Positions 44,238 through 56,088 are shown, counted from the stretch's first letter. The stretch is 64,000 nucleotides of DNA from Syntrophales bacterium (GCA_040767195.1 JAXGPA010000001.1:640001-704000); one strand, 5' to 3'. Notes: a model not told the origin generated them from the sequence alone. Program-made: numbers and translations.

Positions 44238-44608
44238 CGATACACATCCTCCGATTTGAATACTTTCTCCCCTTCGATCTCCAGGGCGCCGCCGGAAACC
44301 TTCCTGTAGAAGCAAGACCGGTAACCGGTGTGACAGGCGGCCCCGCCGACCTGTTCCACTTTCAGGAGAATGGTGTCGTCATCACAATCGACCCGGATTT
44401 CCCGGATAATCTGGAAATGCCCCGATTGCTCCCCTTTCATCCAGAGGGCCTGGCGGGAGCGGCTCCAGAAAACGGCTTTCCCCGTTTCGAGGGTTTTCTT
44501 CCACGAAGCCTCGTTCATGTATGCAAGCATGAGAACCTCCCCGGTCCCGGCGTCCTGGACGACGGCGGGGAGGAGCCCGTCTCCCTTATGGAAATTCAAA
44601 TGAATCAC
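44234..44608 (-). CDS. hisI: Phosphoribosyl-AMP cyclohydrolase
   Basis: GL.P.VVQD, LMLAYMN, WSRSR..W.KGE.SG, DCD.D, ACHTG..SCF; RBS AAGGAG before GTG. Confidence 0.95.
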   Translation of the reverse strand: MIHLNFHKGDGLLPAVVQDAGTGEVLMLAYMNEASWKKTLETGKAVFWSRSRQALWMKGEQSGHFQIIREIRVDCDDDTILLKVEQVGGAACHTGYRSCFYRKVSGGALEIEGEKVFKSEDVYR

Positions 44609-44836
44609 AAAGCGCTCCTTCTTTTCTCTTTCTTCCGGGCGTCGGGGCCCGACCACTACAGGGCCCATAAACGTAATGGAAGATTGCTTTTTTCGCAAGT
44701 ATTTTTTAAAAAAATAGCGCTTGATTCACCTTTTATTTTATGCTAGCTATCAAAGCCTGTACAAATTAAAAATTTCCTGCAAGTTCCGGGTTTTGTCCGT
44801 TTCAGGGAAATTCAGAGGAAAAGGAGGTTTTGCGTT

Positions 44837-45115
44837 ATGCAGGTCTTGATCGGTGGAGCGGTAGCGGCGGTTTTGGGACTCATAGGTCTTATGTTCTGGT
44901 GGAAAGAGTTCCTCATTCTCCTCATGGGCGGCGTGCCCATCGCTCTTCTTCTCGGTGGTGCTCTGGCCATTTACGTGGGTTACGATGAACTGAAAGACCA
45001 GCTGAAAGAGAAGAAAGAAAAAGAAAAGGCGGAAAAGGAAAAAGCGGACGAGCTGGCACAAACGAAGGAAGAACTGGCAAAGGTGAAAGAAGAGCTCGAA
45101 AAAGCCAAGAAATAA
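44837..45115 (+). CDS. Small two-TM membrane protein, MamI-like
   Basis: Strong RBS AAGGAGG; GLIGLMFWW-x8-GGVPIALL..G..A...G followed by a charged coiled coil. Confidence 0.75.
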   Translation: MQVLIGGAVAAVLGLIGLMFWWKEFLILLMGGVPIALLLGGALAIYVGYDELKDQLKEKKEKEKAEKEKADELAQTKEELAKVKEELEKAKK

Positions 45116-45197
45116 AGACGCTTAAGCGAAAAGCTGTTTCAGGGGCTCGTCAAAAGATCCCCTCGAAATAAGGGAGCGTTCTTCTGTCAGGGCGCGT

Positions 45198-45229
45198 AAA
45201 AATAGGGACAGGGTTGTCCCTATTTTTTT
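45198..45229 (+). terminator. Bidirectional intrinsic terminator
   Basis: AAAAATAGGGACA-GGGT-TGTCCCTATTTTTTT. Confidence 0.8.
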
Positions 45230-45266
45230 ATTCATTTACTTTTTGAAAACCCCGTATCGTTTGTTC

Positions 45267-45295
45267 TTGACATGGGAAAACATTTGGAATAGTTT
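45267..45295 (+). promoter_or_regulatory. Putative sigma70 promoter of the TRAP operon
   Basis: TTGACA-N17-TAGTTT. Confidence 0.65.
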
Positions 45296-45331
45296 CAGTC
45301 AAAATGTAATTCAGCGCTTACCGGTAAACTC

Positions 45332-45394
45332 ATGGAGACAACACCGTCCAAGCGGCCCGCCGCCATTTTGAACGTTTATCCCTACAAGTATTAA
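45332..45394 (+). promoter_or_regulatory. Candidate Tyr-rich leader peptide METTPSKRPAAILNVYPYKY
   Basis: Three Tyr codons in the last five codons, followed immediately by a strong hairpin at 45396-45430. Confidence 0.5.
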
Positions 45395-45531
45395 CGCCTG
45401 CTTTCCATCCGCCGGGATGGGGAAGCAGGCCTGCCAGACCCCCGAAACCGATCGCTTTTTTGTCGTGAAAATTTTTCAGGCGCCCCGTTCGGGTCCTGAA
45501 ACCTTTCGACCCTTCTCAGGAGGACAGTGTC

Positions 45532-46587
45532 ATGAAAAGGAACTTTCATTTTTTTCCGTCAGCAGGCAGCCTTTGTCTCGTCGTCACGGCCCTTATCCTG
45601 TCTTTTTTCTCGGCGCCCCCGGTTCTCGGAAAGACCCTGGATCTCACTTACAGCGTCTTTTTCCCCTCTACCCACGGACAATGCCAGGCGGCCATGGACT
45701 GGGCCCGGGAAATCGAGAAAAGGTCACAGGGAAAGGTGAAAATCACCGTTTTCCCGGGAGGGACCCTGACCAGTGCCGCCCAGTGCTACGACGGCGTGGT
45801 GAGCGGCATTTCGGACCTGGGAATGTCCTGTTTCGCCTACACCAGGGGCCGTTTTCCCCTCATGGAGACCCTGGACCTGCCCCTCGGTTACCCGGACGGC
45901 CGAACGGCCTCCCTCGTGGCCAATGATTTTGTCCGGAAGTTCAGGCCCAAGGAACTGGATGACGTAAAGCTTCTTTACATTCACGCCCACGGTCCCGGCC
46001 TTCTCCACACCAAGGCCCCGGTGAAAAACCTCGAGGAATTGAAGGGTCTGAAAATACGCTCCACCGGTCTCAGCGCCAAGGTAACGGAAAGTCTCGGCGC
46101 CGTGCCGGTCGCCATGCCCCAGGGGGCGACCTACGAAGCCCTTCAGAAAGGGGTTGTCGAAGGGACCTTCGCACCCATCGAAACCCTCAAGGGATGGCGC
46201 CAGGCAGAAGTGATCAAGTCCACCACGGACTGCCGGGACGTGGGATACACCACGGCCATGTTCGTCGTCATGAACAAGAGCAAGTGGGAGGCCCTGCCGG
46301 AAGATGTCAAAAAAATCTTCGAGGATGCGAGCCGCCAGTGGATCCTCGTCCACGGAAAGGTCTGGGATGACCTTGACCGGGAAGGCCGTGAGTACACCCT
46401 GAGCCTTAAAAACGAGATCATAAAGCTGACCGATGAAGAAAACCGGCGTTGGGTCGAGGCGGTGAAACCCATCATCGACCGTCACATCGAGGAGGCGGAA
46501 ACGAAAGGGCTGCCCGGTACGGCGGCTGTCGAAGCGGTGCGGGACGGCATCCGGGAGCACGGCATGGAGAAAAGCGGCAAGCCCTGA
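45532..46587 (+). CDS. dctP: TRAP transporter substrate-binding protein
   Basis: Signal peptide; [31 protein letters not shown]. Confidence 0.92.
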   Translation: MKRNFHFFPSAGSLCLVVTALILSFFSAPPVLGKTLDLTYSVFFPSTHGQCQAAMDWAREIEKRSQGKVKITVFPGGTLTSAAQCYDGVVSGISDLGMSCFAYTRGRFPLMETLDLPLGYPDGRTASLVANDFVRKFRPKELDDVKLLYIHAHGPGLLHTKAPVKNLEELKGLKIRSTGLSAKVTESLGAVPVAMPQGATYEALQKGVVEGTFAPIETLKGWRQAEVIKSTTDCRDVGYTTAMFVVMNKSKWEALPEDVKKIFEDASRQWILVHGKVWDDLDREGREYTLSLKNEIIKLTDEENRRWVEAVKPIIDRHIEEAETKGLPGTAAVEAVRDGIREHGMEKSGKP

Positions 46588-46599
46588 AACGGAAGGTCC

Positions 46600-47088
46600 A
46601 TGATTCACCGGATCGATTACACGGTCAGGAAACTGGCATCGGGATTCAACGGGATCGCGGGAGCGGCCGTCGTCGCCATGATGTTTCTCGTGACATTGGA
46701 CGTCCTTTTACGGTTCTTCCGCCATCCCATTCCCGGAACCTACGAGATAGCGGGACTCCTTGGAACGGTCGTGGTTTCCTTCTCCCTGGCCTCCACGTTC
46801 CTGGAAAGGGGACACATCGTCGTGGAATTCCTCGTCCGGAAGCTGCCCCGGAAAGCCCGGGAAATTGTGGATGGGATCAACGGCATCGCGAGCTTCCTCC
46901 TTTTTGCCCTCGTGACCTGGCAATGCTGGCGTTACGGAACGACCCTGAGAGAAAGCGGTGAGGTTTCCCTGACCGTTCAGATCCCCCTGTATCCCTTCCT
47001 CTACGGAATCTCCGCCGGGTGCGGTCTTCTCTGTCTGGTCATCCTGTCCGACCTGGCGGCAACCGCCCGGAGGATTCAGAAAACATGA
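46600..47088 (+). CDS. dctQ: TRAP transporter small permease
   Basis: Four TM helices; DV..R....PIPG..E, GHI.V. Confidence 0.9.
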   Translation: MIHRIDYTVRKLASGFNGIAGAAVVAMMFLVTLDVLLRFFRHPIPGTYEIAGLLGTVVVSFSLASTFLERGHIVVEFLVRKLPRKAREIVDGINGIASFLLFALVTWQCWRYGTTLRESGEVSLTVQIPLYPFLYGISAGCGLLCLVILSDLAATARRIQKT

Positions 47089-48386
47089 CCCCCCAGACCG
47101 TCGGCATCATCGGAATCTGTTTCCTCTTCGTGCTCATTTTCTCCCGGATGCCCATCGGGTTCGTCATGGCCGCCGTGGGTTTCGTCGGGTTCGGGTCCCT
47201 TGTTTCCTTCGACGCGGCCTTGAATCTTCTCGCCCGGGACGTTTTTGACGTTTTCGGGTCCTACAGCCTCACGGTCATCCCCCTGTTCGTTTTCATGGGC
47301 CAGCTCGCCTTTCATTCCGGGATCAGTTCCCGGCTCTTCGACGCGGCCTACAAGTTCATCGGCCACCTCCCCGGGGGACTGGCCATGGCCACCATCGGCG
47401 CCTGCGCCGGGTTTTCCGCCATTTGCGGGTCCACCAACGCCACCGCCGCGACCATGGCGGCGGCGGCCCTTCCTGAGATGAAACGCTATGATTACAAGCC
47501 CGGGCTCGCCACGGGGGTGGTCGCAGCGGGAGGCAGCCTGGGTATCCTCATCCCGCCCAGCGTCATTTTCATCGTCTACGGGATCATGACCCAGCAGTCC
47601 ATCGGTAAGCTTTTCGTCGCGGGGATCCTTCCGGGAATCCTGCTGACCCTGCTCTTCGCCGCGACCATCGCCCTGTGGGTCACCTTGAAACCAGACCTCG
47701 CCCCCCGGGGGCCCCGCTTCACCGGACGGGAAAAACTGACGTCCCTTTCAGGCCTCGGGGAAACCCTGCTCCTTTTCGTCATCATCATGGGCGGACTTTT
47801 CGTGGGGTTTTTCACCCCCACGGAAGCCGGGGCGGTGGGTGCCTTTTCCACCCTTGCCATAGCGGTTTTTCGAAAACAGATAGACTGGAGAGGATTCGTC
47901 ACCGCCCTTCGGGAAACGACCCGGATCACCTGCATGATCCTGGTCATCGTTACCGGAGCCACTGTTTTCGGTCATTTCCTGGCCGTCACCAGGATACCTT
48001 TCGAAATCGCCGGGTGGATCGCGGGATTCGATCTCCCGCCCTGGATGATCATGATGTTCATCATCCTCACCTATCTCGTCGGCGGGTGTCTCATCGACTC
48101 CCTGGCCCTCATCATGCTCACCGTCCCCATCTTCTTTCCCGTGGTTCTCCATCTGGGGTTTGATCCCATCTGGTTCGGGGTCGTCATCGTCCTGATCACC
48201 CAGATCGGGGTCATCACTCCCCCCGTGGGCATCAATGTCTACGTCGTCAGCGGCGTGGCCCGGGACGTCCCCCTGGATGTCATTTTCCGGGGCGTGGTCC
48301 CGCTGCTCCTCGCCCTGGTCATCGGGACACTGCTCCTTATCCCGTTTCCCTGGATCGCCCTTTATCTTCCCAGTCTGATGAAGTAA
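47085..48386 (+). CDS. dctM: TRAP transporter large permease
   Basis: IPLFVFMG, GS..ATAA, G.LG.LIPPS, TPTEAG, ITPPVG.N. Confidence 0.93.
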   Translation: MTPQTVGIIGICFLFVLIFSRMPIGFVMAAVGFVGFGSLVSFDAALNLLARDVFDVFGSYSLTVIPLFVFMGQLAFHSGISSRLFDAAYKFIGHLPGGLAMATIGACAGFSAICGSTNATAATMAAAALPEMKRYDYKPGLATGVVAAGGSLGILIPPSVIFIVYGIMTQQSIGKLFVAGILPGILLTLLFAATIALWVTLKPDLAPRGPRFTGREKLTSLSGLGETLLLFVIIMGGLFVGFFTPTEAGAVGAFSTLAIAVFRKQIDWRGFVTALRETTRITCMILVIVTGATVFGHFLAVTRIPFEIAGWIAGFDLPPWMIMMFIILTYLVGGCLIDSLALIMLTVPIFFPVVLHLGFDPIWFGVVIVLITQIGVITPPVGINVYVVSGVARDVPLDVIFRGVVPLLLALVIGTLLLIPFPWIALYLPSLMK

Positions 48387-48400
48387 ACCGGACGGCGGGC

Positions 48401-48904
48401 TTAAACCCCGGCTTCGGGCTGTTTTTCTTTTTTTCTGAAGATTTCGTAAAGAAGCAGGCAGGCGCCCACGGAAATGGCCGAATCGGCCACGTTGAAGGCG
48501 GGCCAGTGGTAGGAACCCACGTAAAAATCGAGGAAATCCACGACCTCGCCGAACCGGACCCGGTCGAGGAGATTCCCCAGGGCCCCCCCTGAGATGAGGG
48601 ACAGGGCGGTGGTCTGAAGGAGGGTCCCCTCTTTGTGCCGGATGATGAAATATAGAATGAGAAAGACCGCGACAACGGCCACTGCGGAGAAGAAAAAGGA
48701 ACGAAAGGCCGGTGACGCCTGGGCGAGAAACCCGAAAGCCGCCCCGGGGTTCCGGACATAGGTCAAATCGAAGAACCCCGGAATGACCGACAGGGATTCA
48801 TGAAGGGAAAAGCGGGCCATGACCATGGCCTTGGTCACCAGATCCAGTCAGAGGACCCCTCCCGCCAGGAAAAAGAAGAGAAGATACCGTGTCTTTCCTC
48901 TCAA
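48401..48904 (-). CDS. lspA: Lipoprotein signal peptidase II with an in-frame TGA at codon 19 (recoded, pseudogene or sequencing error)
   Basis: AAGGAGG + TTG at 48904 gives MRGKTRYLLFFFLAGGVL*LDLVTK; N.GAAFG, GGALGN..DR..G.V.DF, PAFNVADSAI; follows ileS. Confidence 0.9.
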
Positions 48905-48928
48905 CGAAACGCCTCCTTCACGGTAAGA

Positions 48929-51730
48929 TCAGGAAAGGTTCCTGTGGCACCGTTCGCACAGCTGGTGATGATCAGCGATGGTTCCCACGGACTCGCTGTA
49001 GTTCCAGCAGCGGGAGCATTTTTCGCCCCGGGCCCTGGAAACGCCGATTCGGAGACCTTCGAACTCGGCGCTGACAAAGGGATCGCTCAGGCTGTCGCCT
49101 TCGACCAGGGCCATCTGGGAGACGATCGCCAGGGCCCGAAGATCGTCCATGTTTTCCTCCAGGAGGCCGGCCAGTTTTTCCGGCGCGGCGATTTCCACAC
49201 GGCAGTCCAGGGAGTGACCCACCACCTTGTCTTTCCTCGCTTTTTCAACGGCCTTTGAAATCTCCCCCTTCACCTCGGCCAGGGTTTTCCACTTTTCTCC
49301 GACGGCCCGGTCGATCCAGTCTTCCCGGGCTTCCGGGAAAAGGGTCATGTGGACACTTTGCGGCCGTCCCGGTTCGGCGGGCAGGGCGGCCCAGACCTCT
49401 TCGGCCGTGAAGGTGAGGATCGGGGCGATGAGCCGCATGAGCGTGTCGAGAATGATGAACATGGCCGTCTGGGCGGATCGGCGCTCCCGCGATTTGGGCC
49501 GTGACGTGTAAAGGCGGTCCTTGAGGACATCGAGGTAGAGGGCGCTCAGGTCCACGGTGCAGTAATTGTAAAGGGTGTAGTAAACCACGTGGAACTGGTA
49601 GTTTTCATAGGCTTTCCGGACCCGCCGGATCACCAGCTGGAGACGGTTCAGGGCCGCCCTGTCCATCTCGCCCATGTCGCCGTAGGGAAGCCGGTCCGAC
49701 TCGGGGTCGAAATCGTAGAGGTTCCCCAGGATGTAACGGCTCGTGTTCCGGATTCTCCGGTAGGCGTCGATGAGCCTTTTCACGATCTCGTCGGAGATCC
49801 GGATGTCCACCGTGTAGTCCTCGGCGGCCACCCAGAGCCTCAGGATCTCCGCCCCGTGCAGGTCCACCATCTCCTGGGGGTCGATGACGTTCCCCTGGGA
49901 CTTGGACATTTTCTTTCCCTCTCCGTCGACGACGAAGCCGTGGGTCAGGACCTCCCGGTAGGGGGCTCTCCCCCGGGTACCCGCCGATTCGAGTAGGGAA
50001 GAATGAAACCATCCCCGGTGCTGGTCGCTCCCCTCGAGATACATGTCAGAGGGGGAGCGGAGGTCGGGCCAGCGATCCTGATGCTCCAGGACCGCCGCAT
50101 GGCTCACCCCCGAGTCGAACCAGACATCGAGGATGTTCGATTCCTTGGTGAAGGCCGCGCCGCCGCAGGCGGGGCAGGTCGTCCCCTGGGGCAGGAGTTC
50201 CGAGGCCTCCCGCTCGAACCACACATCGGCGCCGAATTCCCGGACCAGGCCGACGATGCGGTCGAGGGTCTCCTTCGTGGCCAGGTGGGCGTTGCAGTTC
50301 CTGCAGTAAAAAACGGTGATGGGGACACCCCAGAGGCGCTGCCGGGAAATGCACCAGTCGGGCCGGTTTTCGATCATGCCGTAGATCCGGTCCCGGCCCC
50401 AGGCGGGAATCCACCGGACCGTGTCGATGGCCTTCAGGGCCTTTTCCCGGAGAGCGTTCTTCTCCATGGAAATGAACCACTGCTCCGTGGACCGGAAGAT
50501 GATGGGGTTCTTGCACCGCCAGCAGTGGGGATACTGGTGCTCCACGTCCATCTCCCCGAGGAGGGCCCCGGCTTCCTTCAGTTTTTCGTTCACGGGACCG
50601 TTGGCATCGAAGACGTACATGCCGGCGAAATCGTTGACGTCCGGGGTGAGTTTCCCGTCATCGTCAACGGGCGAGTAGACGTCGAGGCCGTATTCGAGGC
50701 CGATTTCGTAGTCTTCCTGCCCGTGACCGGGGGCGATGTGGACGCAGCCCGTCCCGGCCTCGAGTGTCACAAAGGGGGCCAGGATGAGGACGCTCTCCCG
50801 ATCGACAAGAGGGTGGCGGCACTTGAGGCCCTCCATGATCTCCCCCTTGAACTCTTCGAGAATTTCGTAAGGCTCGTTCCGAAGGCCGAAGGCATCGAGA
50901 CAGTAATCGAGAAGCTCTTTCGCGAGGATGAGGACCTCTCCCCTGACCTTGACGGCCACGTAATCGAAATCCTTGTGAAAGGCGATGGCCAGGTTGGCCG
51001 GGATGGTCCAGGGGGTGGTCGTCCAGATCATGACGTTCACCGACTCTCCGGCGAGTCCCGGTATGCGTTCCGATATGTCTGAAATCATGGGAAACTTGAC
51101 ATAAATGGACGGCGTCGTGTGATCCCCGTACTCCACTTCCGCCTCCGCCAGGGCCGTCTTGCAGGAAGCGCACCAGTAAACGGGCTTCTTGCCCCGGTAG
51201 ATGTCCCCGTTCAGCATGAGCTTGCCGAACTCTTCCACCGTCTGGGCCTCATAGTCGAAATCCATGGTGACGTAGGGGTGGCCCCAGTCTCCGAAAACTC
51301 CCAGCCTCTTGAACTGGCGGCGCTGAATGTCGAGATACCGGTTCGCGTAGGACCGGCACATGCGCCTTTTGTCCCCATGGGGAATCTCGTAGCGCTTCGC
51401 CCCCAGTTCCTTGTCCACCTGGTGCTCGATGGGCAGACCGTGGCAGTCCCAGCCAGGCACGAAGACACTGTCGTATCCCGCCATATTCTTGGACTTGATG
51501 ACGATGTCCTTGATGATCTTGTTCAGGGCCGTCCCGAGGTGAATGTCGCCGTTGGCGTAGGGCGGTCCGTCATGAAGGATGTACGGGGGCCTCCCCTTGG
51601 AAACCTCCCGGATTTTCCCGTAAATGTCCATCTCTTCCCAGAACCGGAGGGTTTCCGGTTCCTTTTTCGGCAGGTTGGCCTTCATGGGGAATTCGGTTTG
51701 CGGAAGGTTCAAGGTGTCTTTGTAATCCAT
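48929..51730 (-). CDS. ileS: Isoleucine--tRNA ligase
   Basis: [48 protein letters not shown]-terminal Zn finger. Confidence 0.98.
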   Translation of the reverse strand: MDYKDTLNLPQTEFPMKANLPKKEPETLRFWEEMDIYGKIREVSKGRPPYILHDGPPYANGDIHLGTALNKIIKDIVIKSKNMAGYDSVFVPGWDCHGLPIEHQVDKELGAKRYEIPHGDKRRMCRSYANRYLDIQRRQFKRLGVFGDWGHPYVTMDFDYEAQTVEEFGKLMLNGDIYRGKKPVYWCASCKTALAEAEVEYGDHTTPSIYVKFPMISDISERIPGLAGESVNVMIWTTTPWTIPANLAIAFHKDFDYVAVKVRGEVLILAKELLDYCLDAFGLRNEPYEILEEFKGEIMEGLKCRHPLVDRESVLILAPFVTLEAGTGCVHIAPGHGQEDYEIGLEYGLDVYSPVDDDGKLTPDVNDFAGMYVFDANGPVNEKLKEAGALLGEMDVEHQYPHCWRCKNPIIFRSTEQWFISMEKNALREKALKAIDTVRWIPAWGRDRIYGMIENRPDWCISRQRLWGVPITVFYCRNCNAHLATKETLDRIVGLVREFGADVWFEREASELLPQGTTCPACGGAAFTKESNILDVWFDSGVSHAAVLEHQDRWPDLRSPSDMYLEGSDQHRGWFHSSLLESAGTRGRAPYREVLTHGFVVDGEGKKMSKSQGNVIDPQEMVDLHGAEILRLWVAAEDYTVDIRISDEIVKRLIDAYRRIRNTSRYILGNLYDFDPESDRLPYGDMGEMDRAALNRLQLVIRRVRKAYENYQFHVVYYTLYNYCTVDLSALYLDVLKDRLYTSRPKSRERRSAQTAMFIILDTLMRLIAPILTFTAEEVWAALPAEPGRPQSVHMTLFPEAREDWIDRAVGEKWKTLAEVKGEISKAVEKARKDKVVGHSLDCRVEIAAPEKLAGLLEENMDDLRALAIVSQMALVEGDSLSDPFVSAEFEGLRIGVSRARGEKCSRCWNYSESVGTIADHHQLCERCHRNLS

Positions 51731-51866
51731 GGACGTTTTCTCCCATCGATAATGATCCTGAATCCATAACACAGGAGGGGAGAATGAGGCAATATTTTTC
51801 CGGGGAATGTGACGTGAGGACGAGGGGGGTTCACAGGCGGAAAAGGGCAACCGGGCTTTCCCACAT

Positions 51867-51898
51867 AAAAAAGGACCCCCGGAGGTTCCGGGGGTCCT
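51867..51898 (-). terminator. Intrinsic terminator of groESL
   Basis: AGGACCCCCGG-AACCT-CCGGGGGTCCT-TTTTT on the minus strand. Confidence 0.85.
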
Positions 51899-51931
51899 CG
51901 TGACTCACTCTTTTACGGGCCGTTTCGGCGA

Positions 51932-53587
<1,656 letters not shown>

Positions 53588-53607
53588 CTATAAATTCATG
53601 TGTTTTT

Positions 53608-53898
53608 TTACTTTTCGATAATCCCGAGAACATCCTCTTCCCGCATGATGAGGAAATCCTCACCGTCGATCTTGATGTCCGTCCCGGCATATTTATTGAA
53701 AAGGATGCGGTTCCCGGCTTTGACGTCCAGGGCGATCACCTTGCCCTCCTCGGTTCTCCTGCCGCCGCCGACGGCCACCACTTCTCCCTCCGCAGGTTTT
53801 TCCTTGGCGCTGTCGGGAATGATAATCCCGCCCTTCGTCTTTTCCTCTTCCTTGACCCGCTTGACCAGGATTCTGTCATGCAACGGCCTTACCTTCAT
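53608..53898 (-). CDS. groS: Co-chaperonin GroES
   Basis: [28 protein letters not shown]. Confidence 0.98.
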   Translation of the reverse strand: MKVRPLHDRILVKRVKEEEKTKGGIIIPDSAKEKPAEGEVVAVGGGRRTEEGKVIALDVKAGNRILFNKYAGTDIKIDGEDFLIMREEDVLGIIEK

Positions 53899-54099
53899 GT
53901 GACTTTCTCCTTTCTGATGTGTTTTATTAAAATGAATTTTCAAGCAAAGGATGAGGGTTAACGATCCCCTCCCAAATCAGCAATAAATTAAACATGAAAA
54001 ATTGCCTGTCAAGGGAGACCGTTATTTTTTTTAAAAACCCTCAACTTTTTTGTGGGGGAAAGGGGCAACGGGTTGCGTCGCGTTTTTTCAGACCGTCTC

Positions 54100-54717
54100 T
54101 CACTTTACGGGATTTTTTATCAGCACGGGCACCGAACAGGCGTCCCGGAACCGGCGGGCGTCTTCCATGGTGCCCACGAGGTCGCCGCAGTGGATGGGAA
54201 TGGCGACCTTGGGGCCGATGATCCGGGCCGCTTCCGCCGCTTCCTCGGCGGTCATGGTATAGGTTCCGCCCACGGGCAGGATGGCGATGTCCGCCCGGAT
54301 GTCTTTCATTTCAGGAATGAGGTCGGTATCGCCTCCGTAGTAAATCCGCTGCCCCTCCATGGTGACGACGAACCCGAGCCAGGCGTTTTCCTTGGGATGA
54401 AAGGCCTTGTTTCTGTTATAGGACGGGACGGTTTCGATTTCCGTGTCGCCCACGACGAAACGCTCTCCCGGCCCGGCGGTCCGCACATCCCCGGTGAGAC
54501 CCGCCGCCGCGTCGGCCGCCGTGATGATGACTGTTTCCTTCTTCTGGATCTTTTTCACATCATCCGGTGAATAGTGATCATAGTGGCTGTGGCTGATGAG
54601 GATAATATCCGCCTTTTCGGAACCGTCCTTCAACTTCCACGGATCGATGTACACCACCTGTCCGCCTGTGATCTTTATGCTGGAATGGCCCAGCCAGGTT
54701 ATATTTTCACGCATCAT
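54100..54717 (-). CDS. MBL-fold metallo-hydrolase
   Basis: ITWLGHS, YIDP, SHSHYDH, GDTD, PVGG.YTM, AIP.H. Confidence 0.9.
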   Translation of the reverse strand: MMRENITWLGHSSIKITGGQVVYIDPWKLKDGSEKADIILISHSHYDHYSPDDVKKIQKKETVIITAADAAAGLTGDVRTAGPGERFVVGDTEIETVPSYNRNKAFHPKENAWLGFVVTMEGQRIYYGGDTDLIPEMKDIRADIAILPVGGTYTMTAEEAAEAARIIGPKVAIPIHCGDLVGTMEDARRFRDACSVPVLIKNPVK

Positions 54718-55016
54718 GACGCAACCTCCCTCATATTTACCCTCTTTATTACCTTTTTTTCCACGGCGGGTCAAAACACGATCCCCGGGCGTTTCCATTG
54801 ACAAAAAAAAACCTTTCATGATAGACGGCGACGAAAACGGGCCGTGACCACCGGCTCTTCGCCTTCCCCTCACGGCGGCGCACCGGCTGAAAGACGACCC
54901 TGGTCCTCGGCCACCTTGCCTGTCGAGCCGTTTACACAGCCGCCAGAAAAATCTTTTTCGCGACTTTCGGAAGATTTACCGTGACGGGTATCTCTCTGAA
55001 AAGAAAGGAAAGGGGA

Positions 55017-55835
55017 ATGAAAAACATGGAAGCCACGGCCGTCGATGCGGCCCGCGAGGCCGGCATCCTCCTGAAAAGCCGGTTCCGCCAATCACACCAG
55101 GTGACCTACAAGGGAGAAATCGACCTCGTCACGGAAGCCGACGCCCTGTCGGAAGAGCTTATCGTTAAACGGATCACGTCAGCCTGGCCTGACCACGACA
55201 TCCTGGCGGAAGAGCGGCCAGGCCGGGCTACCGGGGCAGCGTTCCGGTGGATTATCGACCCGCTCGACGGAACGACCAATTACGCCCATGGTTATCCCGT
55301 CTTCTGCGTTTCCATAGCCCTGGAACGGGAGGGCCGGGTCGTTCTGGGGGTGATCTACAACCCGATGCTGGAGGAGCTGTTTGTCGCCCGGGAAGGCGGA
55401 GGTGCTTTCCGGAACGGCGAGCGGATCGCCGTGTCCCAAACCGGATCCCTGAACCGAAGCCTCCTCGCCACGGGATTTCCCTACGACATCCGGGAAAACC
55501 CCGTTAACAATATTTCTTACTTCAATGCCCTCGCGGTCAGGGTCCAGGCCATTCGGCGGGCCGGTTCAGCGGCCCTTGACCTGGCCTACGTCGCCACGGG
55601 ACGCTTCGACGGCTTCTGGGAACTGCGGCTCAGGCCCTGGGACACGGCGGCGGGTGCCCTGCTCGTCCGTGAGGCGGGGGGCATGGTCACGGAAATCGGG
55701 GACCGGCCCTTTCACCTCCTGTCTCCTTCCGTCGTGGCGACGAACGGCAGGATACACCGGACCCTCAACGCCGTCCTTGGCGAAACGGACCCCCTTGATG
55801 AAAGACTGGCCGGTTCGGCAGAAAAACCCTCTTAA
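55017..55835 (+). CDS. suhB: Inositol monophosphatase family protein
   Basis: DLVTEAD, WIIDPLDGTTNY, GSAALDL..VA.GR.D, WDTAAG. Confidence 0.92.
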   Translation: MKNMEATAVDAAREAGILLKSRFRQSHQVTYKGEIDLVTEADALSEELIVKRITSAWPDHDILAEERPGRATGAAFRWIIDPLDGTTNYAHGYPVFCVSIALEREGRVVLGVIYNPMLEELFVAREGGGAFRNGERIAVSQTGSLNRSLLATGFPYDIRENPVNNISYFNALAVRVQAIRRAGSAALDLAYVATGRFDGFWELRLRPWDTAAGALLVREAGGMVTEIGDRPFHLLSPSVVATNGRIHRTLNAVLGETDPLDERLAGSAEKPS

Positions 55836-55935
55836 GACAGGCATTCCCCGGAGGCGGACGCCCCGGGGAAAAAGCGCTTCACAGTGACCGGTTAAAAAGT
55901 TCTTGACAGTCTGCCGGAAAATATGCTTTATACAG

Positions 55936-56015
55936 CATAAAGAGTGTATCTTCTACGACTCTTTCCATGGCGGGGGCGGCTGATTTTCCGGCAAATCAGC
56001 CGCCCCTCTCCTTTT
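55936..56015 (+). ncRNA. Candidate small RNA (promoter, hairpin, terminator)
   Basis: TTGACA at 55903; AAAGAGT/ACTCTTT hairpin; perfect 14-bp stem 55973-56006 followed by TCTCCTTTT; no gene downstream on this strand. Confidence 0.4.
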
Positions 56016-56088
56016 GGGAACACCCCGCGACAATTTTCAAAAGACGGCATCATCACGGATTTTCCGGCCCGACTATCTCAGGGGACCG

